DNA of 64,000 nucleotides, from IMG/VR virus record IMGVR_UViG_3300028182_000001, positions 94,404 to 158,403 of that record; one strand, written 5' to 3'. The stretch is from a virus. Position 1 is the stretch's first letter; every line of letters starts with the position of its first letter. Under the pieces are notes generated by a model. It did not search any database and was not told where the DNA came from. It saw only the letters and a list, made by a program, of their open reading frames with translations. Made by a program: the position numbers and the translations under genes. Of this stretch, positions 47,461-57,149 are shown one piece after another.

Positions 47461-47641
47461 ACTTGTCATATTTTAAACCCTTGATACATAAGGGATACTT
47501 GAACATTCATTTACCTTTCTGTCCTATTTAAATTATAAGTGGTCTGTATTTATATTATTATATTTATTATTAATAATAGTAATGTAGTTATAATAGTATT
47601 TAATTAAGATAGACGATCCGAAAAAACTTTTAAAATAGTTG

Positions 47642-47670
47642 TTGACTTATAGAAAACCACGTTATATACT
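47642..47670 (+). promoter_or_regulatory. sigmaA-type promoter
   Basis: TTGACT-N17-TATACT. Confidence 0.85.
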
Positions 47671-47704
47671 AAGGTCAGAAAGTTAAACAAGGAGGTGCTT
47701 ACAA

Positions 47705-47941
47705 ATGTGTAAGTATTGTGAAGCAGTTGAACTTCGTAACGCAGAGTCTATCGAAGCAGAATGGATTGAGATTAAAGTAATTGGTGATAAACTTAACCTG
47801 GACTATTCAGCGTACTCTTGTGACTCAAGTTTCGAAGAAGCCGTTAAAATCAACTTCTGTCCAATGTGTGGTAAGGAACTTGTTGCTATAGAAGAAGAAG
47901 AGGAGGAAGACGATGAGGACGAGGAAGATGAAGATGAGTAA
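47705..47941 (+). CDS. Zinc-finger protein with acidic tail
   Basis: CKYC...INFCPMCG; poly-E/D tail. Confidence 0.8.
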   Translation: MCKYCEAVELRNAESIEAEWIEIKVIGDKLNLDYSAYSCDSSFEEAVKINFCPMCGKELVAIEEEEEEDDEDEEDEDE

Positions 47942-48122
47942 CCTTTGGAATAACATCTTCAAGGTAGAGATGGTTTTCGCAAGTGGAGATAAAAAGACAA
48001 TTTACTTTTTCGGATCGTTAAAAGGTGCGATTAGAGACTTCTTCAAAACTTACGGAAATTTACGGGTAGTTGCAAACTTCTACATACTTGGTGGTGTTTG
48101 GTTAAAAGAAATCGGGGTATAG
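47934..48122 (+). CDS. Hypothetical protein
   Basis: In frame with ORF 47913; later ATG is more plausible. Confidence 0.6.
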   Translation: MSNLWNNIFKVEMVFASGDKKTIYFFGSLKGAIRDFFKTYGNLRVVANFYILGGVWLKEIGV

Positions 48123-48136
48123 GAGGACAAACAGTA

Positions 48137-48217
48137 ATGGGACTACTCATCGGAGTTGCAGTAATACTACTCGTAACATGGTTTATGGAAGATTATACGA
48201 ATAGAGGAGGAAATTAA
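48137..48217 (+). CDS. 26 aa membrane peptide (not in ORF track)
   Basis: MGLLIGVAVILLVTWF...; AGGAGG RBS. Confidence 0.6.
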   Translation: MGLLIGVAVILLVTWFMEDYTNRGGN

Positions 48218-48595
48218 ATGGAATATGTATTAGCGCTACTAACTCTGATGACTGTAGGTGGTATAGCTTTAATGGTTATCTACTACAGTACAGATGGTCA
48301 GTTCTTCGTAGGGATAATGTTCGCAGTTATTGGAGGGGTATTCTTACTTGCAACAGGGGTAGCCACTCTACAAAACCGTCACGATAGCGCAGAGTTCATC
48401 GAAAAGTACGAAATACTAGACGCTACAATCAAGTACAATCGTGGAATCGGCATGAGTGAGTTCGAACGTATAGCGTTGAATGAGAAAATTGCAGAGTATA
48501 ACGAGATTCTTGCAAAATACAAATATGCGAACGAAGGTCACTTCTACGATATCGCAGTTGTAGACGAAGTATCTAAGTTAGAGTACTTAAAATAA
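48218..48595 (+). CDS. Membrane protein
   Basis: Two N-terminal TM segments. Confidence 0.75.
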   Translation: MEYVLALLTLMTVGGIALMVIYYSTDGQFFVGIMFAVIGGVFLLATGVATLQNRHDSAEFIEKYEILDATIKYNRGIGMSEFERIALNEKIAEYNEILAKYKYANEGHFYDIAVVDEVSKLEYLK

Positions 48596-48626
48596 TCGGA
48601 CAAGCAGGTCAGAAGGAGGGGATGTC

Positions 48627-48743
48627 ATGAATGTTAGAGTTTTCTTTAAAGAAGGTGGATACACAGAGATACGTATTCATAGTCTTGCCGAATTAGATGC
48701 TAGGTATGGTATGTATCAGATTTCTAGAATAGAAGTTTTATAA
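48627..48743 (+). CDS. 38 aa protein (not in ORF track)
   Basis: MNVRVFFKEGG...IEVL*; AAGGAGG RBS. Confidence 0.65.
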   Translation: MNVRVFFKEGGYTEIRIHSLAELDARYGMYQISRIEVL

Positions 48744-48762
48744 AAAATTTTTTAAAAAGTTA

Positions 48763-48791
48763 TTGACTGTTAGACAACATGATAGTATGAT
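48763..48791 (+). promoter_or_regulatory. sigmaA-type promoter
   Basis: TTGACT-N17-TATGAT. Confidence 0.8.
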
Positions 48792-48838
48792 GAATATAAG
48801 AAATACAGAGCAACACACAATAAAAAATAAAATTAGCA

Positions 48839-48867
48839 TTGATTTCCAGTTGACTCCTTGATACAAT
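48839..48867 (+). promoter_or_regulatory. Second tandem sigmaA-type promoter
   Basis: TTGATT-N17-TACAAT with TG extension. Confidence 0.65.
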
Positions 48868-48899
48868 AGTTGTAATCAACTAAGAAAGGGGAGTTAACA

Positions 48900-49076
48900 A
48901 TGAATGCGAGTAAGATATTGCTAGGATGTGCAGTAACGATCGTCTTGTTTCTACTCTTCATGTTCATCATCATGTTCGTACCTTGGGCTTTCCCACTAAT
49001 CATCATCGGGGGTATTGTCTTTGGAACTATGGCAGGGTGGCACTACGGAGGTAGAAATAGAGACAACGATAACTGA
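48900..49076 (+). CDS. 58 aa two-TM membrane protein (not in ORF track)
   Basis: MNASKILLGCAVTIVLFLLF...; AAGGGGAG RBS. Confidence 0.7.
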   Translation: MNASKILLGCAVTIVLFLLFMFIIMFVPWAFPLIIIGGIVFGTMAGWHYGGRNRDNDN

Positions 49077-49092
49077 AAGGAGGTGAAACCTT

Positions 49093-49167
49093 ATGGTAAA
49101 TCAAAACGTTGAGAATGGCGTTTACGAGATTACTAAGTTGTTGGCTGACGCTAAAGCAGGTAAGTAA
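49093..49167 (+). CDS. 24 aa peptide MVNQNVENGVYEITKLLADAKAGK (not in ORF track)
   Basis: AAAGGAGGTGA RBS. Confidence 0.65.
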   Translation: MVNQNVENGVYEITKLLADAKAGK

Positions 49168-49197
49168 TGATTACGGAATACGGGTCGTAGGAAGGAG

Positions 49198-49386
49198 GTG
49201 GTATATGTGGAAAAATACATAAGTTTACCTGGTGATGAACCAATGAAGACACCATTCGAGTATGCAGTAGGGGAAGTTATTCGAGTGAACAACAACAGGC
49301 CGCATAAGTGTTACAAGAAAGAAGTGAAGGACGGAAAGCTATTCCAGTACTTCAAAGAAGGACGAGTAGTTGTAGTATGGGACTAA
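49198..49386 (+). CDS. Hypothetical protein (start likely GTG 49207)
   Basis: AAGGAGGTG RBS. Confidence 0.7.
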   Translation: MVYVEKYISLPGDEPMKTPFEYAVGEVIRVNNNRPHKCYKKEVKDGKLFQYFKEGRVVVVWD

Positions 49387-49409
49387 CAGATATAAAGGGT
49401 GATTGAGAG

Positions 49410-49586
49410 ATGTTGGCAACGGAGAAGATACAGAGGGCAAAAGAGTACCTAGAACAAGCCGAACAATGTATCAAAGATGGTAATAAACGGTTAGCAGTCG
49501 GTAGTTTGGATCATGTGAAGGACGATGTGTTTGGAGCTATCTATCTACTAATTGCTGAAGTAATCGAGGAGGAGGGAGATTACTAG
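49410..49586 (+). CDS. 58 aa protein (not in ORF track)
   Basis: MLATEKIQRAKEYLEQ...; coupled to the next gene. Confidence 0.6.
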   Translation: MLATEKIQRAKEYLEQAEQCIKDGNKRLAVGSLDHVKDDVFGAIYLLIAEVIEEEGDY

Positions 49587-49984
49587 TGGAGAAGTACACC
49601 TACGGTTTCAAAGAAAACTGGCGTGACTTCCTAGACTTGGCAGAACGTGAACTATCTGCGGATTATTGGTGGGGAGACCTATACTTCATGTACCATGAGG
49701 ATGATGGGGAAGACGCTTACGTATTCACAAAGACTGATGAGATTGACGATTGGTTAGAGAAGATGTTTTGGGATGGATGTCACTACGAATCGAGTGACCT
49801 AGAGACCTCTATGGACGAGTTCAAAATATGGAAACTGATCCGTGAGTCCGATGTTAAGAAGTTCACGTCACTTTATAAGGACGCAAAAAGGACAAGATTG
49901 GTAGTGGACGGTGAGACGTACTACAGAACACCTGTATCAATATGTGTAGAGCAAACAATACTTGTATCAACAAGTAGTTATTAA
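49586..49984 (+). CDS. Acidic hypothetical protein
   Basis: ORF with RBS. Confidence 0.75.
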   Translation: MEKYTYGFKENWRDFLDLAERELSADYWWGDLYFMYHEDDGEDAYVFTKTDEIDDWLEKMFWDGCHYESSDLETSMDEFKIWKLIRESDVKKFTSLYKDAKRTRLVVDGETYYRTPVSICVEQTILVSTSSY

Positions 49985-50022
49985 TAAAAAAAAATTATAA
50001 CATACCAAAGGGAGAGATTGTA

Positions 50023-52059
50023 ATGGAATTCAAACAATTTAAGAAAGCATTGAAAGCAAACTTTAAGGAAATGGTAAAAGATACAGACCACTTATATGAG
50101 GTAGAAGTGGACAAGGATGTAATGTGGGACTTGTACTTAGATAGCCATACTGAAGGAACTAACGAAGTCTTCCGTGAGCGTAGACAAGCTGATTGCAGTG
50201 CTTGTAAACAGTTCATCCGAAACATGGGTAACTTAGTCGTTATCAAGAATAACAAAGTAACTACTATTTGGGATTTCGAAACGAACAGTGCGTACCAACC
50301 AGTAGCCAATGCTTTAGCGAAATTCATCAAGAGTCACGCAGTGGCAGATGTGTGGGTAAACAAGTTCAGTAAGATTGGTGTTGATAGCAACCTAGAAGAC
50401 TACCAAGGACAAGTCCTAACTTGGCAACATCTTAACGTAGATATCCCTGCTAAATTTGTTACTCGTAGCAGTAACTCAGAAGCTGAAATCCGTGGCGGTC
50501 TACGAGATACACGAAATGTGTTCCTACGCTCACTAATCGAAATCTCAGAAGAGAGCTTAATGACTGTATTAGAACTGATCCACTCAAATACATTGTACAA
50601 AGGTGCAGAATGGAAAGCAGTATTAACTCAGTTCCTTGCACATAAACGAGTATTCCTTAGCTTAGGAACAGTTTCAGAAAGAGAGAACTACGCTTGGGAG
50701 CAGTCAGTAAAAATCGGTGGTGCAATGGGTCGTATCCGTAACCACAGCATCGGTACTTTACTGGTAAATATCAGTGAAGGAATGGAACTAGACCGAGCAG
50801 TTAGAGCATATGAAGTGATCGTAGCACCATCTAACTACAAACGTCCTAAAGCAATCTTTACGAAGAAGATGGTTGAAGAAGCGGAGAAAATGAGCTTAGA
50901 AATGGGCTTCCAAGATTCATTCGGTAGACGTTTCGCAACATTAAACGACATCACTGTAAACAACATCTTATTCTCTAACAAAGAAGCGGCCAAACGAATC
51001 GCAGGAGCAGGTATTTTCGCAGAAGCATTGAATGCAGTAGCAGTTAATCCTAAACAATTCACACGAGTTGAGGAAATCTCAATCGATAACTTCATTAACA
51101 ATGTACTACCAATGGCAAGAGAGCTTGAAGTGTATCTAGAGAATAAACAAGCTAACAACATGGTATCTCTGATTGCACCTGAAAACAAAGATGCTAAGAC
51201 AATGTTCAAATGGAATAACGGATTCAGCTGGGCGTACTCAGGTAACATCACTGATAGCTCTATGAAAGAGAATGTTAAGTCTGCGGGAGGTAAGGTCGAT
51301 GGTGTGTTAAGATTCTCGATCCAGTGGAATGATGACGAGTTCGATGGTAATGACTTAGATGCTCACTGTATCGAACCAGGTGGCAACTTAATCTACTACG
51401 GAGAAAAGGTTAACAGACGTACTGGCGGTAAGTTAGACGTGGATATCATCCATCCTAGCCGTAATGTACCTGCCGTAGAGAACATCACATGGGGTAACAA
51501 GCGCAACATGGAAGTAGGGACATACAAATTCCTTGTGCATAACTTTAACAACCGAGGTGGTAAGTCAGGATTCAGAGCTGAAATTGAGTTTGATGGACAA
51601 GTATTCTCATTCGACTACACGAAAGCATTACGAGATGGTGAAAAAGTTGTTGTTGCAGAAGTATACTTTGACGGTACTAACTTCGCAATCAAAGAGCTAT
51701 TACCATCTAACGTATCAACTAGAGATGTGTGGGGATTAAAAACAAACCAATTCATTCCTGTATCTACAATGATGTTCTCTCCTAACTATTGGGACGAGCA
51801 GCAAGGAATTGGGCACCGTCATTACTTCTTCATGCTGAAAGATTGCGTGAACCCTGAGCAACCAAATGGTTTCTACAATGAGTTCCTTACAGAGGAGTTG
51901 ATGCAACACAAACGAGTATTCGAGTACCTTGGAAGTCGTACAGCAGTCAAAGATGTAGAGGATCAGTTATCAGGTGTAGGTTTCTCATCTACTAAGAGAG
52001 CTGAGTTAATCGTCAAAGTCAAAGGTCAAACAGAACGAGTAGTAAAAGTAAAATTCTAA
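50023..52059 (+). CDS. Large protein with N-terminal CxxC and C-terminal YfaP/DUF2135-like domain
   Basis: DCSACKQFI; DLDAHCIEP.G..IYY...GGKLDVD...VENI. Confidence 0.7.
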   Translation: MEFKQFKKALKANFKEMVKDTDHLYEVEVDKDVMWDLYLDSHTEGTNEVFRERRQADCSACKQFIRNMGNLVVIKNNKVTTIWDFETNSAYQPVANALAKFIKSHAVADVWVNKFSKIGVDSNLEDYQGQVLTWQHLNVDIPAKFVTRSSNSEAEIRGGLRDTRNVFLRSLIEISEESLMTVLELIHSNTLYKGAEWKAVLTQFLAHKRVFLSLGTVSERENYAWEQSVKIGGAMGRIRNHSIGTLLVNISEGMELDRAVRAYEVIVAPSNYKRPKAIFTKKMVEEAEKMSLEMGFQDSFGRRFATLNDITVNNILFSNKEAAKRIAGAGIFAEALNAVAVNPKQFTRVEEISIDNFINNVLPMARELEVYLENKQANNMVSLIAPENKDAKTMFKWNNGFSWAYSGNITDSSMKENVKSAGGKVDGVLRFSIQWNDDEFDGNDLDAHCIEPGGNLIYYGEKVNRRTGGKLDVDIIHPSRNVPAVENITWGNKRNMEVGTYKFLVHNFNNRGGKSGFRAEIEFDGQVFSFDYTKALRDGEKVVVAEVYFDGTNFAIKELLPSNVSTRDVWGLKTNQFIPVSTMMFSPNYWDEQQGIGHRHYFFMLKDCVNPEQPNGFYNEFLTEELMQHKRVFEYLGSRTAVKDVEDQLSGVGFSSTKRAELIVKVKGQTERVVKVKF

Positions 52060-52097
52060 TAAAAAAAAAACTAATAAAAGAGGAGTAGTGAATTATT

Positions 52098-52493
52098 ATG
52101 ACAAAATCAATCGAAAACTTATTTGAGGTAGCTACACGTACGAAAATGCTTTTCCCATTCAGAGGTATGATTAATGTAATCGACTTATGGGACTTAACAC
52201 CAACTCAGTTAGACTTAGTGTTCAAATCACTTAACGCTCAATTTAAACAAGCGTCAGAAGAGAGCTTACTTAAAGTGAAAACACCTGCTGATAAAGTAGT
52301 TGAAGTGCAAATCGAAATCGTGAAATATATCGTCTCTGTGAAAGTAGCAGAGCAAGAAGCTAGATTACAAGCTCAAGCTAGGAAAGAAGAGAAACAAAAG
52401 TTACTATCAATCTTAGCTACTAAAGAAGACGAAGAGTTACAAGGTAAATCTGCTGAAGAAATTCGAGCTATGATCGCAGACTTAGATAAGTAA
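52098..52493 (+). CDS. Helical hypothetical protein
   Basis: DLWDL motif; RBS. Confidence 0.8.
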   Translation: MTKSIENLFEVATRTKMLFPFRGMINVIDLWDLTPTQLDLVFKSLNAQFKQASEESLLKVKTPADKVVEVQIEIVKYIVSVKVAEQEARLQAQARKEEKQKLLSILATKEDEELQGKSAEEIRAMIADLDK

Positions 52494-52495
52494 TT

Positions 52496-52705
52496 ATGAA
52501 GATACTGAAACTGAGTGACGGTAACTTTGTAGAGGAGATAAACATAGCAGGGCATATCATCATATGCCCTCTCCCCTACCAAGCTAAGAAGTTTGTTAAA
52601 GATTCTGATTTAAAACCGTATACAGACTTTTTGGACGAGTCTTACAGTCCACTAATATACAAGGTTATGGATTTCAAATACAGTGCAGAGGAGATAAAGA
52701 AATGA
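52496..52705 (+). CDS. Hypothetical protein
   Basis: ORF track. Confidence 0.6.
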   Translation: MKILKLSDGNFVEEINIAGHIIICPLPYQAKKFVKDSDLKPYTDFLDESYSPLIYKVMDFKYSAEEIKK

Positions 52706-52995
52706 AAATTAATTTACCAAAAGAAGTTGTTAAACGAAATTATAACGTAGGGGATATTATCGTACCTGGTTACTCAAGCGGTGCTGCTTACTTCATATTT
52801 AAAAATCCTGCTACTCATGAGTATTCGTTACTAAAGCAAGACATGTCTACTTTCTATACAGGAAGATTCTCTTCGTTACACGCTCTCATGAATCATTTAG
52901 AAAATAAAGGAGACGGATTCAAACACTATCCTAAAGATGAGTACGACTTAAATCTAGTACTCAAGGAGAAAGAGAAGGAGGAAGGAGTAGAATGA
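52702..52995 (+). CDS. Hypothetical protein
   Basis: ATGA overlap; RBS. Confidence 0.7.
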   Translation: MKINLPKEVVKRNYNVGDIIVPGYSSGAAYFIFKNPATHEYSLLKQDMSTFYTGRFSSLHALMNHLENKGDGFKHYPKDEYDLNLVLKEKEKEEGVE

Positions 52996-53165
52996 AACAA
53001 CATTTAACTGCTACATATGTGTTTGATCCTTTAGATGTCACAGAGTTTAACAAGGTTTGTAATAAGGTTGAGAAGCTAAAGGATGCAGGTTACGTAGAAA
53101 AGGTTAGAAACATGAATAAAGAAGGACAAGTTATCATCAAGCTAGAGTTCGAGGAGGAAATGTAA
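52992..53165 (+). CDS. 57 aa protein (not in ORF track)
   Basis: MKQHLTATYVFDP...; coupled on both sides. Confidence 0.7.
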   Translation: MKQHLTATYVFDPLDVTEFNKVCNKVEKLKDAGYVEKVRNMNKEGQVIIKLEFEEEM

Positions 53166-54250
53166 TGTCAACCGTATCACAGTACAGTAGTGTAGAAAAG
53201 AACTTCGATAAAATGTCTGAAGAGATGAACAAGTTTAAGGACATAACTCTTGCACACATCAAGAAGACAGAAGATTTAGTAGGTATTAAACCAAAGCAAC
53301 ACTTGAAGAAGTTACATATCTACGGTTTAGAAGTAAAACGTGCTACAGGTTCAGGATACTACGATAAGAGTTTGTATTTAACTATCCGAGTACCAAAAGC
53401 TACTTATGATGCTATCGAGGATAAAACTCTCCTTTTAGGTCACTACTGTAATGAGACATATAACGATATCTACTTCAAGCTAAAGATTATCGAATCCAAC
53501 AAGGATCGTGTAGAAGATTTCAAGAAAATTATTCATGTAATTGGTTCACTAGACCTATTAACACACTTAGAGAACATTAACATTGCGAAAGAGAATGACC
53601 AGTTACTTACAAACATCTTCAACCTATTGGAAAAAGCAGGTGTCCATAGAAGCCATTACGGTTATAAAACAAAACGATCCAGTAAACAGACAGAAATGTA
53701 CTACAACTTCCCTAGTGAGATTCGTAATCAGATTGCAACTACATACAGAGAAGATACACTAGAGGAACGTAAGAAAGCGTTACTGAAGCAGGTAGACGAC
53801 ATTTGGAATCAAGAGATGAAAAAGGTCGAGGACGAGCGTAAGCAGAAAGAAGCAGAGGAGAAAGCTAAGAAAGAGAACCGCACACTGGCTCTATTACTAG
53901 CTAAATACGACTTGGGCATCGAGCAGGACTGGGACGACTTGTTACAGGCTATTATCGAGAAGAATAAGTATTTATTCCTTGCTCACCGTCTAGAACAGAA
54001 CCGAGGAGACTGGAACGATGGATGCTCTTACGCTGAGTCAGGACTAGATAACTTCACGATTGAGACAGAGGAAGACCAAAAAATCCATGAGAACATTTAC
54101 TACTATATCAGTACATGGGATCAGCACATGGATGGGCGAGTATTCCGTGACTGTACATACGACTACGGGACTATCTTTGGTATAGCAGCCGAGAAGGATA
54201 GTGACTTGTATACAGACTATGAAACTGTAAAACAAAAGGTAGACCGCTAG
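53165..54250 (+). CDS. Hypothetical protein
   Basis: 361 aa ORF with RBS. Confidence 0.8.
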   Translation: MSTVSQYSSVEKNFDKMSEEMNKFKDITLAHIKKTEDLVGIKPKQHLKKLHIYGLEVKRATGSGYYDKSLYLTIRVPKATYDAIEDKTLLLGHYCNETYNDIYFKLKIIESNKDRVEDFKKIIHVIGSLDLLTHLENINIAKENDQLLTNIFNLLEKAGVHRSHYGYKTKRSSKQTEMYYNFPSEIRNQIATTYREDTLEERKKALLKQVDDIWNQEMKKVEDERKQKEAEEKAKKENRTLALLLAKYDLGIEQDWDDLLQAIIEKNKYLFLAHRLEQNRGDWNDGCSYAESGLDNFTIETEEDQKIHENIYYYISTWDQHMDGRVFRDCTYDYGTIFGIAAEKDSDLYTDYETVKQKVDR

Positions 54251-54351
54251 TAGGAGAGGATGGTATAATTGGGTGAGTGGTTACTAGAGTTATTAGGTGC
54301 AATACTAGATTTAGTAGGGGCTATCGTCTCTAACGATGAGGAGGAGAAATA

Positions 54352-54681
54352 ATGAAAGTAGTTGACGAGAAGGTTTACGAAGATTGGAAAGCAAAGAATA
54401 CAGACGGTTACGGTGCAGGTATCTTCCGATATGCTGAGAAGTGGGCTAACTTAATGGAAGAGGAAATCGAGAAAGGTTCAGGACTTCGATACATAGCTAG
54501 TAGTCTATCTCATAAAGCTGATACAGAAGGTATTACAGGCTTCATGTACGGTGCGGCCGTTAGTATTCTCTCACAATGTTGGGTTCACGGAGAAGAGTTA
54601 AAGAAGTGGCACAACAAAGAGTATGACTACGAGGGTGAAGGAGCAGCTAACCCTGCACTGATTACTATTACAAAGAAGTAG
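54352..54681 (+). CDS. Hypothetical protein (GITGFMYG...W.HGEEL..WHN motif)
   Basis: ORF with RBS. Confidence 0.8.
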   Translation: MKVVDEKVYEDWKAKNTDGYGAGIFRYAEKWANLMEEEIEKGSGLRYIASSLSHKADTEGITGFMYGAAVSILSQCWVHGEELKKWHNKEYDYEGEGAANPALITITKK

Positions 54682-54693
54682 AGGAGGGAGACG

Positions 54694-54831
54694 ATGAGTG
54701 AAGAACTAGCTCAGGAAAAGATAGCAGAGATTGTAAAGAAAGGTGAAGAACTATCGGCTTCGTACGATTGGTCGGAGAGTTTAGCCCTTGAAGCATTACT
54801 TGATTGGATAAAGGAGGAATATTATGTTTAA
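54694..54831 (+). CDS. 45 aa acidic protein (not in ORF track)
   Basis: MSEELAQEKIAEIV...; GGAGG RBS. Confidence 0.6.
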   Translation: MSEELAQEKIAEIVKKGEELSASYDWSESLALEALLDWIKEEYYV

Positions 54832-55564
54832 TTTCATCGGTTGTGGTAGCGCATTTAACACAGCATTAGGTAATAACAGTGCTTACATCAAGGAGGACGG
54901 TATTCTATTCATGATTGACTGCGGTAGTGCCAACTTCGATAGAATCAAGCGTAGCGGCCTGTTAGAGGACGTAGAAGACATCGTAGTATTAATGACACAT
55001 ACACACCCTGACCACGTAGGATCGTTAGGAGACTTAATCTTCTATAGTTACTTCTGTATGGGACAAGTTAAAGTACCTAACTTAACTGTATACGCACCAT
55101 ATGATATGAAGATTAGTAAAGTGTTACAGGGTATGGGAGTAGAACGAGAGTGTTATAGACTCGTACAGTTTGATAACTCTAACCAGTATCCACCTGGGTT
55201 CCGTAAAGATGGGTTCCGTATCCAGTTCCAAGTAGTCCCTAACCGACATGTACCTGAGATTGTATGCTACGGCTACTTGATTACATATAAAGATAAAACT
55301 ATCTATTATAGTGGGGATTCTAATACTATCTCACCATTCATACTGAATATGTTCAAAAAAGGTGAGATTGACTACTTCTATCAGGATACTTGCCAAGCAG
55401 ACTATGAAGGTAATGTTCACCTATCGTTGCGAGAACTCAGTGAACTGATCCGTCCTTGGGACAAACCTGAGAAAGTATACTGTATGCACTTAGATGAGAG
55501 CTTCAACCGAGAGCAAGCAGAGGGTTATGGCTTTAATGTTGTACAACCTACTATAACTATATGA
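54824..55564 (+). CDS. Metallo-beta-lactamase-fold hydrolase (RNase Z/Apyc1-like)
   Basis: GCGSAF..NNSA, IDCG, THTHPDH, YYSGD, VH, MH. Confidence 0.85.
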   Translation: MFNFIGCGSAFNTALGNNSAYIKEDGILFMIDCGSANFDRIKRSGLLEDVEDIVVLMTHTHPDHVGSLGDLIFYSYFCMGQVKVPNLTVYAPYDMKISKVLQGMGVERECYRLVQFDNSNQYPPGFRKDGFRIQFQVVPNRHVPEIVCYGYLITYKDKTIYYSGDSNTISPFILNMFKKGEIDYFYQDTCQADYEGNVHLSLRELSELIRPWDKPEKVYCMHLDESFNREQAEGYGFNVVQPTITI

Positions 55565-55583
55565 TAAGGGGAGAAGGAATAGA

Positions 55584-56774
55584 ATGAAAAGTTCATTATT
55601 TGTACCTGATAAAATTAACGTAGGATTCCAGGATCGCAGTGGTACGTATACTGGTAAGTTAGCGTACGTAATCTACTGGGATGCGAGAGGTAAACTACGA
55701 AAAGAAACTTCGTGGGAAGGGTGGAGAGATACAAAGATTGATAACCTTGTCGCAGATAACGTACCGACTTCAGGATTCGTATTAAATAAGAAAGCAGGAG
55801 ACTATAAGTACGACTGGAACCATCGTCAAGCTTATGCTCGTGTATACGATCCTCGTGGGTTTGAGTTCGAGATTACCATTGACAATCTACTATTCATCCT
55901 AGAGTGTTGCGATATGTTCAAAGGTAAAGGGATCGACGGTGAGTTAGTATATGCTTGGGATGGTAAAGAGTTAGTATTGCTACCTGTTAACTCTCCCGAT
56001 TACAAAGAAATCATGGAGTATAACAAAATCATAAAAGAGAACAAAACATTTAAAGGTAAAGACTTAAAACTAGGATACAAGTACCTAGATAAAGATGGTA
56101 AAGAGTGGGTATACTTAGGTAGATTCCACAAGTACGATAGCTACGATGGTGTGAAGAAGAAAAACAAATTCTACTTCTTCGCTAAGAGTTACATACCTTG
56201 GAATAAGAAAGAGGAAGTACACTGGTCTATTGAAACTATAGGTTCTCTTGGACATAAGTTTATTACGGAGTCTCCTGACGGTTGCGTGGAGAACTTTGAC
56301 GAGCTTCTAGAAATACTAGAGAGCGATAGAGAGTACTCTCCTATTGACTTCTCGAAGGATGAGTACATACCAATGACGTTTGAAGAGTTTCTAACAGCGT
56401 TGAATGATAAGTCAAACTTAGAAGAGTGGTTCTATAGTCCTGTAGCACAACGTAATGTTGAACGTTATGATAAATACTACACTAGAAATAATCGTGTTAA
56501 AGTAGAGAGAAGTACGGTGAAGCAGTTGAAGGATAGTGCAAGAACGTACTCCTACTACTCTAACGACTACAAATGGGTTCAAGAATATAACAACGAAGAA
56601 GAGAGAAGACCGCTATTTGTAGTATCAAACGGTGGTTCTAAAAGCCACTATGCTACATACGACAACTACCATGAGTACTTCAAAGGTACACTAGAAGAAG
56701 TATTTGAATACTTACAACCGTCTACTAGAAAAGTATACCTAGAGAACGGAAAACTATATTCAGTAGATAAATAA
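55584..56774 (+). CDS. Hypothetical protein
   Basis: 396 aa; YDPRGFEFEI motif. Confidence 0.8.
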   Translation: MKSSLFVPDKINVGFQDRSGTYTGKLAYVIYWDARGKLRKETSWEGWRDTKIDNLVADNVPTSGFVLNKKAGDYKYDWNHRQAYARVYDPRGFEFEITIDNLLFILECCDMFKGKGIDGELVYAWDGKELVLLPVNSPDYKEIMEYNKIIKENKTFKGKDLKLGYKYLDKDGKEWVYLGRFHKYDSYDGVKKKNKFYFFAKSYIPWNKKEEVHWSIETIGSLGHKFITESPDGCVENFDELLEILESDREYSPIDFSKDEYIPMTFEEFLTALNDKSNLEEWFYSPVAQRNVERYDKYYTRNNRVKVERSTVKQLKDSARTYSYYSNDYKWVQEYNNEEERRPLFVVSNGGSKSHYATYDNYHEYFKGTLEEVFEYLQPSTRKVYLENGKLYSVDK

Positions 56775-56788
56775 GGAGGATCGTTAAT

Positions 56789-57148
56789 ATGAACAAATGG
56801 GGAGTTATTATAGGGCTATGTATCGTAGCCCTAGTAGTCTCCTTCTCTATCTTTAGTTACTATCGTGTGACTACAGTAGAAGGAACTATCACAGACAAGT
56901 ATAACAAGCGTGATGGGAAGAAAGATAAGTTCTACCTTGTTATCAAGGACGAGGACAACAACGAGCAGGTACTAGAGAATACTGATAGTACTCTCATGTT
57001 AAAATGGGATTCAGCAGACATTCAAGCCACAACAAAAGTAGGTAAGAAGTACAAAGTAGAGTTACGTGGTTGGAGAGTTCCGATCCTATCCATGTTCCCG
57101 AATGTAGACAATATTAAAGAAATCAAAACATACGAAGGAGAGAAGTAA
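56789..57148 (+). CDS. Membrane-anchored protein
   Basis: N-terminal TM; G.RVP.LS.FPN motif. Confidence 0.75.
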   Translation: MNKWGVIIGLCIVALVVSFSIFSYYRVTTVEGTITDKYNKRDGKKDKFYLVIKDEDNNEQVLENTDSTLMLKWDSADIQATTKVGKKYKVELRGWRVPILSMFPNVDNIKEIKTYEGEK

Positions 57149-57149
57149 A

